Assembly (NCBI GenBank): GCA_009774345.1
Contig: VSNR01000002.1
Span: 4,605-68,604, forward strand
DNA from: Lachnospiraceae bacterium
GTDB lineage: Bacteria; Bacillota; Clostridia; Lachnospirales; Lachnospiraceae
DNA length: 64,000 bases
Direction: 5' to 3'
The first letter of the stretch is position 1, and every line of letters begins with the position of its first letter. This document shows, piece by piece, positions 9,685-19,521 of the stretch. A program made the position numbers and the translations under genes. The notes under the pieces are model-generated. The model did not search any database and was not told the origin of the DNA. It saw only the letters and a program-made list of their open reading frames with translations.

Positions 9685-10652
9685 TTATCCTTAACGTCTG
9701 TCAGCATGATTTCATTGTACTTCATCATCACTTTGCCTGCCGCATAGCCGCCAATCTGCACTGGATTCTCCATGCCCATCAGATTGTTTCGTATCAGTGT
9801 CATGTGGTCTGCCCCGCAGGCATACGCATGGGGGTATCCGCCGCCAAATCGGGGGTTCACCTCCGAGATCAAATAAATGCCGTCTTTCTCAAATAAATCA
9901 ATGTCAATCTGTCCTGCAAATCCGCTCTCCTCGACAAATTTCGTGAGAAATATAAAGAGCTTCTCATCTATAAACGAGACCGCCTTGTCCGTCTCTCCCG
10001 CCCGCATCACCAGCTTTTTCTTCGTAAAGATGGACACCACCTTTTTGCTGACCAGATCAATATAGACATCGGCGCCAATCTCCTGCCCTGTCATGTATTC
10101 CTGTATGATCATCTCATCCCCGTGCGCAAACAAAAACGCTGCGGTCTCCATGTCGTCCGCCCTTGCAATCTGAATGCTCGCGCTGCCCTTCATCGGCTTT
10201 ACAAACACAGGAAACTGGACTTCTCCGCGCTCAAGCGCCGCGCCAAACGACTCCATCGTGCGATAGGTTCTGGCACAGGGATAACCATGCTCCTCCATCC
10301 AGACAAACAGCGCCCACTTATCTAAAGTACGCTCGCACAGCGCATAGTCCGAACCGATAATCTGCACGCCCAGCGCCCGAAACTGCGCCTCGTTGGCTGC
10401 AATCAGCGACAGCTCCGGGTCAATGAGCGAGAGCACGCCTGTGACGGTCTCCTTCCGACAGATCTCATAGATGACATCAAGATACTCTGGTGCCGTGATC
10501 CTCGGGACAATGTAGTGGGCATCCGCCTCATAGAGTGCGGGCGCATAGGGACTGCAATCTGTACAGACAACACGCCCTTTCCCTGCAAAGGCCGCCTTAA
10601 AATACTGAACCACTTTATCTCTTGTCCCACAGCTTAATATTAACAGATTCAT
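9681..10652 (-). CDS. ATP-grasp amide ligase (resembles the Neisseria PglB2 C-terminal domain type)
   Basis: N-terminal MNLLILSCGTR...APALYEAD; FVKPMKGSAS, IIQEY, EVNPRFGGG. Confidence 0.85.
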   Translation of the reverse strand: MNLLILSCGTRDKVVQYFKAAFAGKGRVVCTDCSPYAPALYEADAHYIVPRITAPEYLDVIYEICRKETVTGVLSLIDPELSLIAANEAQFRALGVQIIGSDYALCERTLDKWALFVWMEEHGYPCARTYRTMESFGAALERGEVQFPVFVKPMKGSASIQIARADDMETAAFLFAHGDEMIIQEYMTGQEIGADVYIDLVSKKVVSIFTKKKLVMRAGETDKAVSFIDEKLFIFLTKFVEESGFAGQIDIDLFEKDGIYLISEVNPRFGGGYPHAYACGADHMTLIRNNLMGMENPVQIGGYAAGKVMMKYNEIMLTDVKDK

Positions 10653-10670
10653 ATTGCAGCACAGTCCTTT

Positions 10671-11636
10671 CTATTTATCATTTTTAATAATATTCAGCTT
10701 GTCAAAAAACAGCGGGGTGCCTCCTGTGTGCAGAAACAGGATTTTCCTGCCGGAAACCGCTTGTTCCTGAAGATACTGCAACATCCCCCAGAAAGCCTTT
10801 CCGACATATGTGGTATCCACAGGAATCCCTTCTTTGCACATCAGGCGGTAAACCACATTGAGAATTTGCTGGTCATACGCTCCGTATCCGCCGCACCGGT
10901 ATGCATCCTCAAAAATCAGCGCGTCATCTCTGTAGTACTTCTCATAATCTGCACCCAGATACGACTCAATGCTCTCCCGTACAACCTCCCGTCCGCGCTC
11001 CTTCTCCCGCGCGATACTGATACCGACAATCCTGCGCGCCCCGTCCTCTCTAAGAAGCTGTCCGCAGACAAGTCCTGCCTGCGTGGCTCCTGTTCCCGAA
11101 GCGTGAAAAATATAGTCAAAATGCACGCCCATCTGCGCTTCCTGTGCGCAGATTTCATCATATGCCCTGACATAACTGTGCGTGCCGGGGTTGCCATGCC
11201 CTCCGCCAGTGATAAAATACGGTTTTTTCCCTTCTTTTACAAAGGCTGCCTTCCTGTTTTCAATCGTCTGTGCAACCTCGTTTACAGGGCAGGTCTCGAT
11301 GGAAGCGCCAAACTGCGACACCATCCTTGTATTGTACAATATTTCCCGGTTCTCTTCCGGCGAGATCACATGACACTGCAATTCCATTGCCGCCGCCATA
11401 TTGGCAATGATTCTGCAATGGTTCGAGCTGTTGCTGCCGTAGGTCATAACCACATCCGCGCCGCTTTTTTTGATTTCTTTATAAAATTCTGCGGCCTTGC
11501 GCACCTTGTTGCCGCCAAAGCTAAACGGGAGCAGGTCATCGCGCTTGATCCAGAACGCATTCTGCCCGCAGGTCATCTCAAGCGGCATAATGGGCGTGAC
11601 GGGCAGCGGCTGTTCAAAGAATACCAGTTGTTTCAT
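10671..11636 (-). CDS. PLP-dependent enzyme of the ACC deaminase / D-cysteine desulfhydrase family
   Basis: KRDDL...GGNKVRK (PLP lysine), [26 protein letters not shown]; start MKQLVFF with AGGAGG RBS. Confidence 0.88.
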   Translation of the reverse strand: MKQLVFFEQPLPVTPIMPLEMTCGQNAFWIKRDDLLPFSFGGNKVRKAAEFYKEIKKSGADVVMTYGSNSSNHCRIIANMAAAMELQCHVISPEENREILYNTRMVSQFGASIETCPVNEVAQTIENRKAAFVKEGKKPYFITGGGHGNPGTHSYVRAYDEICAQEAQMGVHFDYIFHASGTGATQAGLVCGQLLREDGARRIVGISIAREKERGREVVRESIESYLGADYEKYYRDDALIFEDAYRCGGYGAYDQQILNVVYRLMCKEGIPVDTTYVGKAFWGMLQYLQEQAVSGRKILFLHTGGTPLFFDKLNIIKNDK

Positions 11637-12261
11637 TGTGCGCCTCCTGTTTTCCCTTTTTCCTATACTCATCAAAATCTGCGACCACCTGATCTGCGCC
11701 GGACAGCGTTCCAGAGCGCTTCACCACTTTTGCGGCTGTCAGAAACAGGATTTTCAAATCCATACCCAAACTTAGATGATCCACATATTCCAGATCATAG
11801 GCAAACCGCGCCTCCCATCCCAGCGCATTTCTGCCGTTCACCTGCGCAAGACCCGTCAGCCCCGGCCGCACGTCATGGCGCCTGCGCTCGTCTTTGGTGT
11901 AGTAGGGCAGATACCGCACCAGCAGCGGTCTTGGCCCGATGAGACTCATATCGCCCTTGAGTATGTTCCACAGCTCCGGCAGCTCGTCAAGGCTTGTAGA
12001 GCGCAGGATTTTGCCAAATCTGGTGAGGCGCTGCTCGTCGGGCAGCAGCGCGCCGTCTGCATCCCGCGCATCGGTCATGGTCCTGAACTTGCACAGCTTG
12101 AATATTTTCTCATGGTATCCGGGGCGCTCCTGATGAAAAATGACCGGCGAGCCAAGCTTGACGCGCACCAGCAGCGCTGTCGCCAGAAGGACTGGACTGA
12201 GTATCACCAGCGCTGTCAGAGACAGGAAAATGTCCATGAGGCGTTTTACTTTCTGATACAT
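11614..12261 (-). CDS. Small monotopic priming phosphoglycosyltransferase (PglC/EpsL-like)
   Basis: [41 protein letters not shown]. Confidence 0.92.
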   Translation of the reverse strand: MYQKVKRLMDIFLSLTALVILSPVLLATALLVRVKLGSPVIFHQERPGYHEKIFKLCKFRTMTDARDADGALLPDEQRLTRFGKILRSTSLDELPELWNILKGDMSLIGPRPLLVRYLPYYTKDERRRHDVRPGLTGLAQVNGRNALGWEARFAYDLEYVDHLSLGMDLKILFLTAAKVVKRSGTLSGADQVVADFDEYRKKGKQEAHNETTGIL

Positions 12262-12276
12262 ATATTTATCCTCTCT

Positions 12277-13413
12277 TTACCGCCCAAACTGCGCTCTGAT
12301 TATAGATATGATCTTGTCCATATCCTCGTCTGTGTTCTTGATATCGCTTGGCAGGCACATGCCGCGGGCAAAGATCTCCTCGCTCACGCCCGCGCCGTGC
12401 TCACAGTGGCTAAAAAAGTCACAGTCCGCAAAGACAGGCTGCATATGCATGGGCTTCCAGATGGGACGCGACTCGATGTTCTCCGCCTCGAGCGCATCCA
12501 TCACATTGTCCGGCGTAACGCTGCTGCCCTTATCAATGATCATACCAGAGAGCCAGTTGTTCGCATCGCCCTTTGGATTCATGGGGTTCATAACAATCTC
12601 TGGCATGTCCGCAAACGCCTTTTTGTACTGCTGGTAAATTGCCTTTTTGCGCTGTATGTGTTCATCCAGATGCAGAAGCTGTCCCCGCCCGATGCCGGCA
12701 TCAATATTGCTCATGCGGTAATTGTAGCCAATCTTGGAATGCTGGTAGTGGCGCGCCGGGTCCCTCGCCTGCGTGGACAGCACTCTCGCCTCCTGCACGA
12801 GCGCCTCCTCGGCAGAGACCATCATCCCGCCGCCGGAGGTGGTGATTATCTTGTTGCCATTAAATGAATAGATGCCAATGCGCCCAAAAGTACCTGTCTG
12901 TTTTCCGCCATATGTAGAGCCAAGTGACTCTGCCGCGTCCTCTAGTACCGGCACATGGTGCCTTGCGCAAATCTCCATGATTTCATCCATTTTCGCCGGG
13001 GTTCCGTACAGATGTACGACCACTACCGCCTTGGGCGACGGATATTTCTCAAATGCCCGCTCCAGCGCCTCCGGTGACATATTCCAAGTGTCTGGCTCTG
13101 AGTCAATCAGCACAGGGACTGCCTTCTCATAGGCAATCGGATTGCAGCTTGCCGAGAAGGTGAGCGAGGACACAAACACGACATCGCCCTGTCTGACGCC
13201 CAAGAGCTTTAGCCCCAGATGGATAGCCGCTGTCCCGGAACTTAACGCCGCAGCATAGCCGCAGTTTGTATAGGCCGCAAGCTCCGTCTCGAAATGATTG
13301 ACATTGGGGCCTAGCGGCGCAACCCAGTTTGTCTCAAACGCCTCCGCCACAAACCGCTGCTCATCCCCGTGCATGGTAGGACTTGCAAGATAGATTCTCT
13401 TTTTCATTTTCAT
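12277..13413 (-). CDS. DegT/DnrJ sugar aminotransferase (PglE/EpsN-like)
   Basis: NWVAPLGP, EDAAESLG, SFNGNKIITTSGGG, YNYRMSN; start MKMKKRIY with GAGGAG RBS. Confidence 0.92.
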   Translation of the reverse strand: MKMKKRIYLASPTMHGDEQRFVAEAFETNWVAPLGPNVNHFETELAAYTNCGYAAALSSGTAAIHLGLKLLGVRQGDVVFVSSLTFSASCNPIAYEKAVPVLIDSEPDTWNMSPEALERAFEKYPSPKAVVVVHLYGTPAKMDEIMEICARHHVPVLEDAAESLGSTYGGKQTGTFGRIGIYSFNGNKIITTSGGGMMVSAEEALVQEARVLSTQARDPARHYQHSKIGYNYRMSNIDAGIGRGQLLHLDEHIQRKKAIYQQYKKAFADMPEIVMNPMNPKGDANNWLSGMIIDKGSSVTPDNVMDALEAENIESRPIWKPMHMQPVFADCDFFSHCEHGAGVSEEIFARGMCLPSDIKNTDEDMDKIISIIRAQFGR

Positions 13414-15280
13414 ACTCCTCCCCGCCCACATTGGGCACATATGTCGGCACGATCTCCTGTATCAAAGACCGCACATCCTCACACTCATTCTCCACTGCAT
13501 GTTTCAGATTGTTGAGCTGCACATAAAATAACGTCTCGTCAAACTCGATCGGTCTGCCAATATGAATCAGCTTATTCGCCGTATCCGTGAGCCCCTCCTC
13601 GCGCATCAGCATCTCCTCATAGAGCTTCTCCCCGGGCCGCAGGCCTGTAAATTCAATTCGGATATCCTCATCGACCTTATACCCGGACAGCCGTATCAGG
13701 TTCTTTGCCAAATCCAAGATCTTGACAGGCTCTCCCATGTCAAGCACAAAGATCTCGCCGCCCTTCGCGTAGACGCCCGCCTGCAAGACCAGCGATACCG
13801 CCTCCGAGATCGTCATAAAATAACGGATGATATCTGGGTGTGTGACCGTCACGGGTCCGCCCGCCGCGATCTGCTTTTTGAACAGCGGAATCACACTCCC
13901 GTTGCTCCCCAGCACATTGCCAAACCGCACTGCCACAAACTCGGTCTCATAGTGGCGGTTGTATGTCTGAATGATCATCTCGCAGATGCGCTTGCTCGCG
14001 CCCATGATATTTGTGGGATTGACTGCCTTGTCCGTGGAGATCATCACAAACTTTTTCACGCCGTTCTGCACTGCTGCCTGCGCGGTTTTCCATGTGCCAA
14101 AGACATTGTTTTTGATCGCCTCATTGGGGCTTACCTCCATCAGCGGCACATGCTTGTGCGCCGCCGCGTGATAGATAATGTCCGGGCGGTATTCTCTCAT
14201 GATGCTGTTGATGCGGTTGGTATTTCTCACAGAAGCGATCAGCACCACCAAATCCAGCTTAGGATAGCGCTGCTTTAGCTCCTGCTGTATCTCGTAGGCA
14301 TTGTTTTCATAGATGTCCACGATAATCAGCCGCGCCGGCTTGTGCCCTGCGATCTGGCGGCACAGCTCACTTCCGATCGAGCCGCCGCCCCCTGTCACCA
14401 TAATGACTTGGTTTCTGACATAATTTAAAATAGAATCCAAATCCACCTTGATCGGGTCGCGCCCCAGCAAGTCCTCCACATCCACATCGCGCAGCTTGCT
14501 GACATTGACCTCGCCGTTTACGAGCTGATAGATGCCCGGCAGCGTCCTGAGCTTGCAGCTTGTCTCCTTGCAGATCTCGACGAGCGCCTTCATCGTCGCG
14601 CGGTTTGCGGACGGAATCGCGATAAAAATCTCATCAATGCCGTACAGCGCCGCATACTCCACGATTCTGTCACGCCCGCCGACAATCTTGATGCCCTGTA
14701 TAAACCTGCCCCATTTGTGCTCGTCATCATCAATGATGCACTTGATGGTCATCGTGCTGTAACTGCTGTTGACAATCTCCTTAATAACTGTATTTCCGGC
14801 ATCCCCGGCGCCGATAATCATTACGCGCGTACCGTTTTTGCGGTTCTGCGCCTTGTGCCGCATTCCCCGCAGGATGCGGTACGAAAACCGGGTACCGGTC
14901 GTAAGCCCCGTGAGCACCAGCGCATACGTGAAATAATAGCTTCTGGGAATCGGATATTGAAGAACACGCATGCCAGCAAAATCCAAAATCGCGCTCAAAC
15001 CGCACCCTGCCAGAATATTTTGCACCTCCGCCGTCCCCGCAAACGCCCACAGGCTGTGATACAGCTTAAAGATATAAAATACGACCAGCGTCATCACCAC
15101 ATTGGGCACCATCATATTCCATGCCGAGCTTAAATACACCTCTGGAATGTCTCTGTAATTCAGTTCAAAGCGAAACCACAGCGGTACAATGCTTGCGATA
15201 CACACGGTCATGATGTCAAGAATCACAAGCACAATTCTTCTGTGCAATAGCTGTAGATTGATATGATTAAACTTTTTCAT
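13361..15280 (-). CDS. Membrane-bound UDP-GlcNAc 4,6-dehydratase (PglF/CapD/EpsC-like)
   Basis: N-terminal TM helices; GAGDAG, TGGGGSIGSE, HAAAHKHVP, STDKAVNPTNIMGASK, RFGNVLGS. Confidence 0.93.
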   Translation of the reverse strand: MKKFNHINLQLLHRRIVLVILDIMTVCIASIVPLWFRFELNYRDIPEVYLSSAWNMMVPNVVMTLVVFYIFKLYHSLWAFAGTAEVQNILAGCGLSAILDFAGMRVLQYPIPRSYYFTYALVLTGLTTGTRFSYRILRGMRHKAQNRKNGTRVMIIGAGDAGNTVIKEIVNSSYSTMTIKCIIDDDEHKWGRFIQGIKIVGGRDRIVEYAALYGIDEIFIAIPSANRATMKALVEICKETSCKLRTLPGIYQLVNGEVNVSKLRDVDVEDLLGRDPIKVDLDSILNYVRNQVIMVTGGGGSIGSELCRQIAGHKPARLIIVDIYENNAYEIQQELKQRYPKLDLVVLIASVRNTNRINSIMREYRPDIIYHAAAHKHVPLMEVSPNEAIKNNVFGTWKTAQAAVQNGVKKFVMISTDKAVNPTNIMGASKRICEMIIQTYNRHYETEFVAVRFGNVLGSNGSVIPLFKKQIAAGGPVTVTHPDIIRYFMTISEAVSLVLQAGVYAKGGEIFVLDMGEPVKILDLAKNLIRLSGYKVDEDIRIEFTGLRPGEKLYEEMLMREEGLTDTANKLIHIGRPIEFDETLFYVQLNNLKHAVENECEDVRSLIQEIVPTYVPNVGGEEYENEKENLSCKSYHARG

Positions 15281-15305
15281 AATATTGTTTCTGCCTCCCG
15301 GCTCT

Positions 15306-17915
15306 TTATTTCGCGGGTCCCTCACAGTCCCGCATCAAGAGCATCTGCATCAGTATAAAACCAAACCCTGCCGGAATGCATGGATGATAAGCCCACTCCG
15401 TCAAACTGATAAATCCAAATACAACGACAAGCGAAAAAGGTATGAGCACGATGCTGTACCTGCTGCCATAGTCCAGAAAGAGCCGGACTGCGCGCCACAG
15501 TGTCAGCGCACACAGCACCAGAAACAAAAGCCCCGCAACCAGTCCAAAATTATAAGCGACCTGAAGGTAGGAATTGTGCGCGTGGGCATACTCATCGCCC
15601 TTTGGATCTTCCGGTCCCATCTTAGGATGCCCCCGAAAGCGAATCGCATTGATATAATCCTGAAAAATTTCAAACCTTCCATTTGAAATATCTGGAGATT
15701 TTTCCACTTCCTGTGAAACACTGCGCTGCTCTAGCCCTGCAAGCGCATTCCCCGCAAAAGCAAGCGTACCGGCTTCTCTTCCTGTGAGTTCGTCCCTCCC
15801 CGCATCCGCCTCCTGTCCGCCTTCTGCTGACTGAAACCTGCCAAACAGTGTGGCAAAAAAGCGCCGCACCGTCATATATTTGTCCGAGTCCACCGGGTCG
15901 CCCTCGTAGATCATAAAGCTTCTGTCCTGAAACTCAATCTCATAGCGCACCGGGTCATTCACCACCGCCGGAACCATTCTGACTGCGGTAAACACCATCG
16001 GAAAGCTGGCCAGACACACCGCCATCAGCATCAAAAGCTCCGACAGAATCCTGACAGCGCCCTTTTTATACGCCACTGCGGTGACTGCCACGATCATTGC
16101 CACCGTCACCAAGGTTGTGAGAAACGCCGTTCTCGACATCGACAGCAGGATAAACCCGGCTGCGCACGCGGTCACAAAATATTCTGGAAAACAGAAAGTC
16201 AGCATACTCTTCCGTGTCTTTAGCTTTCCATAGAGCTTTGCAAGCGCTGTGCCAAACACCACCGCCAGATACATCCCGGTGCACGCCACCGTGTGAAATA
16301 TGCCGCCATAGCGGTAGAGCATCCAGTAATGGTGCGGTCTGTGCGCCAGACAAAAAAACGTCACCAGCGCAAAGCTGAGCAGAATGCCGTTGCTGAAATT
16401 CTTGAGAAAGCGGCAGTTTGAGGCAAGTGTGTTCGGTGAGAATAAAAATGCCGCAAACGGCAGCGTCGCCGTAAAAACCCACACCTTCTCATACCGGTAA
16501 GCATACATAAACAAACTGAACACAATCCATAACACACTGTAGCAAAGCCGCTGTCTGTCCCGGACAAGCCGCCCTGTCATCTGACCACAGGCTGATGCAA
16601 GCTCCGGGGTCTTGGCGATCATGCGGAGGATAGTGAGCACCAGCAGTCCCCACGACACCACCACGCCGCAGGTAAGCCGCGCAAGCAGCAGCTCATTCTT
16701 ATCTCCCTGCACAAAACTGCAATAATATACTGATCCGGCAAACCCTAAAACCAGCCACAGAAGGCTCAGCTTGTTTACAAACTGCTTTTCATGATAATTC
16801 ATGAGCAGCGCGACCGCCAGAAAGATCAGCATCCATCTGGTATTTGTGTAGTGGTAAAAATTTCTGTCCGCATTGACATACTGGCACAGCGCATAGAACA
16901 GCAGCCCAAAACTGACCGTCTGGATATAGTTTCTCCACGTCAGCCACATGATACTGCCCGCAGGCATCTTCGAGCGCTTCTGGGGGCGGAGCGTCCGCGG
17001 CAGGCGCCACAAAAAACCAATCAGCCACGCATCTGCGGCAGCAATCCCGGCGGTAAAAAAGAGCCTGTCCCACACCTCGCCGCCAAATCTGTTCAGGACA
17101 ACCGCATAGACAAACAGCGCCGCCGACGCAAGCACGCCAAGCACTGCCACACTGATTCTGGCAATCCTGCCCACGCTGCCCACGCGAAACGCTTCCTGCG
17201 AAAACCGTTCATCATACTGCTGTACCAGCATCAGGAGCAACAGATAAACCACCGCTGCCCCTGCTGCGATCAGCACATCATACAGAAGAATCTCAAAGAC
17301 CGTCAGCGGTCTTGAATAATCAAAATCCGCGACCAGACTGACTTCCTCATTGATAATACCGTCAATATACAAGGTAGCGTTCTCCGCCTGCGCAAGCGCC
17401 GTCCTGTTCCCGACAGGGAGCGTATATACCGCACTGCTCTCCTCGTCTATAAGAATTTCATAATAATATGCCTGCCCTTTCACGACATCCAGATCGGGCA
17501 CCGCCGCCAGATATCCGTTTTTTGCGATTTTCCTGCTGTCGGCTTCCTCCTCATAGATACAGGAAAAGGCGTCATCATACAGCCGGAAGCGCACGCTCTC
17601 GTAATCTGCCTGTTTTTGCCCCAGCGTACATCCCATATACAGCGTCACCTGATACAGATGATCCTGTGTAAAATATACCATCTGTAATTTCTTGTCGGTA
17701 GCGCCAAACGGCTCTCCTGCAAGCAGTGCCTTTGCCGGGCTGTCATATGCGTTCTGTCTTGACAGCACATGATTCTGCACCAGCCCCATCGGGAACACGC
17801 GCATCATCAGGATAAAGGCTGCCGTCGCCACAATGATCTGAATCACTGCATTGCGCTTCGCGTATGTTCTTGCATGTTCACTGTTGGAAAATGTGCAGGC
17901 AATGAGATCTTTCAT
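15306..17915 (-). CDS. Large (~869 aa) membrane protein with a C-terminal O-antigen ligase (WaaL/Wzy_C)-like domain and an N-terminal soluble domain
   Basis: LLSMSRTA, SNGRFEIF, HAHNSYLQVAYNFG; start MKDLIAC with GGGAGGT RBS and its own promoter. Confidence 0.8.
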   Translation of the reverse strand: MKDLIACTFSNSEHARTYAKRNAVIQIIVATAAFILMMRVFPMGLVQNHVLSRQNAYDSPAKALLAGEPFGATDKKLQMVYFTQDHLYQVTLYMGCTLGQKQADYESVRFRLYDDAFSCIYEEEADSRKIAKNGYLAAVPDLDVVKGQAYYYEILIDEESSAVYTLPVGNRTALAQAENATLYIDGIINEEVSLVADFDYSRPLTVFEILLYDVLIAAGAAVVYLLLLMLVQQYDERFSQEAFRVGSVGRIARISVAVLGVLASAALFVYAVVLNRFGGEVWDRLFFTAGIAAADAWLIGFLWRLPRTLRPQKRSKMPAGSIMWLTWRNYIQTVSFGLLFYALCQYVNADRNFYHYTNTRWMLIFLAVALLMNYHEKQFVNKLSLLWLVLGFAGSVYYCSFVQGDKNELLLARLTCGVVVSWGLLVLTILRMIAKTPELASACGQMTGRLVRDRQRLCYSVLWIVFSLFMYAYRYEKVWVFTATLPFAAFLFSPNTLASNCRFLKNFSNGILLSFALVTFFCLAHRPHHYWMLYRYGGIFHTVACTGMYLAVVFGTALAKLYGKLKTRKSMLTFCFPEYFVTACAAGFILLSMSRTAFLTTLVTVAMIVAVTAVAYKKGAVRILSELLMLMAVCLASFPMVFTAVRMVPAVVNDPVRYEIEFQDRSFMIYEGDPVDSDKYMTVRRFFATLFGRFQSAEGGQEADAGRDELTGREAGTLAFAGNALAGLEQRSVSQEVEKSPDISNGRFEIFQDYINAIRFRGHPKMGPEDPKGDEYAHAHNSYLQVAYNFGLVAGLLFLVLCALTLWRAVRLFLDYGSRYSIVLIPFSLVVVFGFISLTEWAYHPCIPAGFGFILMQMLLMRDCEGPAK

Positions 17916-17943
17916 ATAGAAAACTACCTCCCTATGCGTATAG

Positions 17944-17972
17944 AGTATAGCACAATCCGATTTTTTATACAA
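17944..17972 (-). promoter_or_regulatory. Putative sigma-A promoter for the ligase-like gene and downstream genes
   Basis: TTGTAT-17 nt-TATACT with an extended TGn. Confidence 0.6.
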
Positions 17973-17975
17973 CTG

Positions 17976-18923
17976 TCACTCCCCACAATCTGTTTCACCG
18001 CTGTGTGTCTCCTCGCGCACCACATACTGAGGAGAATTGTTGATGCTGATATAAATCCGCCCGATGTATTCCCCGATCAGCCCCAGCATAATCATGAGCA
18101 TTCCGCCGATAAAGACAACGGCTGCCATCAGCGAGCTAAACCCCAGCGGCACCTCTGGATTGACAAATTTTTTCACCACCGTATAGATGCCATAGAGAAA
18201 GCCAGCCCCCGCAAAGAGCGCCCCTGTCATGGTGGCAATGCGAAGCGGCAGGATAGAAAACGCCGTAAACCCATTAAACCACAGCCCGAGCAGTTTCTTC
18301 ATGGTATAGCCGGAGGTTCCGACGGTGCGGCTCCTGTGGTTTACGGGCACATTGGAGATATTTCTGGTGGCGCGCAGCACCAGACCGATAATGTAGGGAT
18401 AACTGTTTTCATATTGGAGCATACTGTCCACCACAAAACGCTTCGCCGCAAAATAGCTCGTCAGGTGCAGATCTTTTGGTTTCCCGAGCATAATCCTTGT
18501 CATCATGTCATTCATCCATGTGCCAAAATTGCGAAAGGCGCTGTGCTTCTTATCCCCATAGCTTGCGTAAACCACATCGCTTCCGCGCTCAATGCGCTCA
18601 AGCAGCTTCCCGACCTCATTCGCCGGCGTCTGCCCGTCGTCGTCCAGACAGACCACGATCTCCCCGTCCGAACGCCGCAGTCCCGCCATCAGCGCCGCGT
18701 GCTGTCCAAAATTTTTCGCCAGACTGATGCCGGTAATGCAGCTGTAGCGCGCGCACAGATTTTTGATCACTTCATAAGTATCATCCGGCGAACAGTCATT
18801 TACCAGAATGATTTCGCAGGTGTACTCCGGCATGGACGCCATTGTGCTCTGTATTTCTGCCACCACGCCCTCGATGGTCCGCGCACTCCGGTAGCAGGGA
18901 ATGACAAAACTTACCTTACTCAT
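17976..18923 (-). CDS. GT2 polyprenyl-phosphate glycosyltransferase (ArnC/GtrB-like)
   Basis: VNDCSPD, KNFGQHAA, LDDDGQ and two C-terminal TM helices; start MSKVSF. Confidence 0.88.
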   Translation of the reverse strand: MSKVSFVIPCYRSARTIEGVVAEIQSTMASMPEYTCEIILVNDCSPDDTYEVIKNLCARYSCITGISLAKNFGQHAALMAGLRRSDGEIVVCLDDDGQTPANEVGKLLERIERGSDVVYASYGDKKHSAFRNFGTWMNDMMTRIMLGKPKDLHLTSYFAAKRFVVDSMLQYENSYPYIIGLVLRATRNISNVPVNHRSRTVGTSGYTMKKLLGLWFNGFTAFSILPLRIATMTGALFAGAGFLYGIYTVVKKFVNPEVPLGFSSLMAAVVFIGGMLMIMLGLIGEYIGRIYISINNSPQYVVREETHSGETDCGE

Positions 18924-19497
18924 AGTCCTCCTGCCCTTCTTTGACGGAAGCGATCTGTTCTCTGGGATTAAAGATGCCAAACAGAATCAAATCCTCGTAC
19001 TGCCCGTCCAGAAAATATTCATCCCGAAGATACGCCTCTTGGATACTGCCCACCTTCTCACTCATGCGCGCGCTCGCCGTGTTGCGCGCCAGCACGCGCG
19101 AGACGACCTTGTGCAGTCCGAGCGTATTGAACGCATAATCCAGAATCAAATGCCCTGCCTCTGTGCCGACTCCCTTCCCATAGGTCTGCTCCTCTCCTAA
19201 GTAAATCCCCCACTCCGCCCGTCTGCTCTCCTCGTCAAAATTCTGAAGGTACGCAGAGCCAAGCGGCTTGTCATCCTCATTTCTGCACACAATAAACTGA
19301 TGCACCAGCCCTTTGAACACCTTGTTGGCAAGCCAGTCCTCATGGTCTTTTGGGGTGATGGGTTTGCGGTATAAGAAATTTGCCACCACACTTGGCTGGT
19401 TGCGCCACCGCACAGCAAGCTCCGTGTCGTCTGCGGTGATGGGTCTTAAATAGATTTGCTCTCCCCGCAGGATTAAGTCCTTTTTTACTGGTTCCAT
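18916..19497 (-). CDS. GNAT N-acetyltransferase (PseH/RimJ-like), probably acting on the WecE product
   Basis: WRNQP, AEWGIYLG, GKGVGT, N.AS motif; context next to wecE. Confidence 0.8.
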   Translation of the reverse strand: MEPVKKDLILRGEQIYLRPITADDTELAVRWRNQPSVVANFLYRKPITPKDHEDWLANKVFKGLVHQFIVCRNEDDKPLGSAYLQNFDEESRRAEWGIYLGEEQTYGKGVGTEAGHLILDYAFNTLGLHKVVSRVLARNTASARMSEKVGSIQEAYLRDEYFLDGQYEDLILFGIFNPREQIASVKEGQEDYE

Positions 19498-19521
19498 ATC
19501 TGTCTCCTTCTTTTATATATA

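Noticed and set aside
9681..10652. Carbamoyl-phosphate synthase large subunit
   Set aside because: Only a single 323-aa ATP-grasp domain, with no small subunit.
10728..12867. Long plus-strand ORFs (404 and 363 aa), and similar ones at 1919, 3688, 17769, 45119 and 51472
   Set aside because: They lie antisense to well-supported minus-strand genes, have no recognisable motifs and show skewed composition: shadow ORFs.
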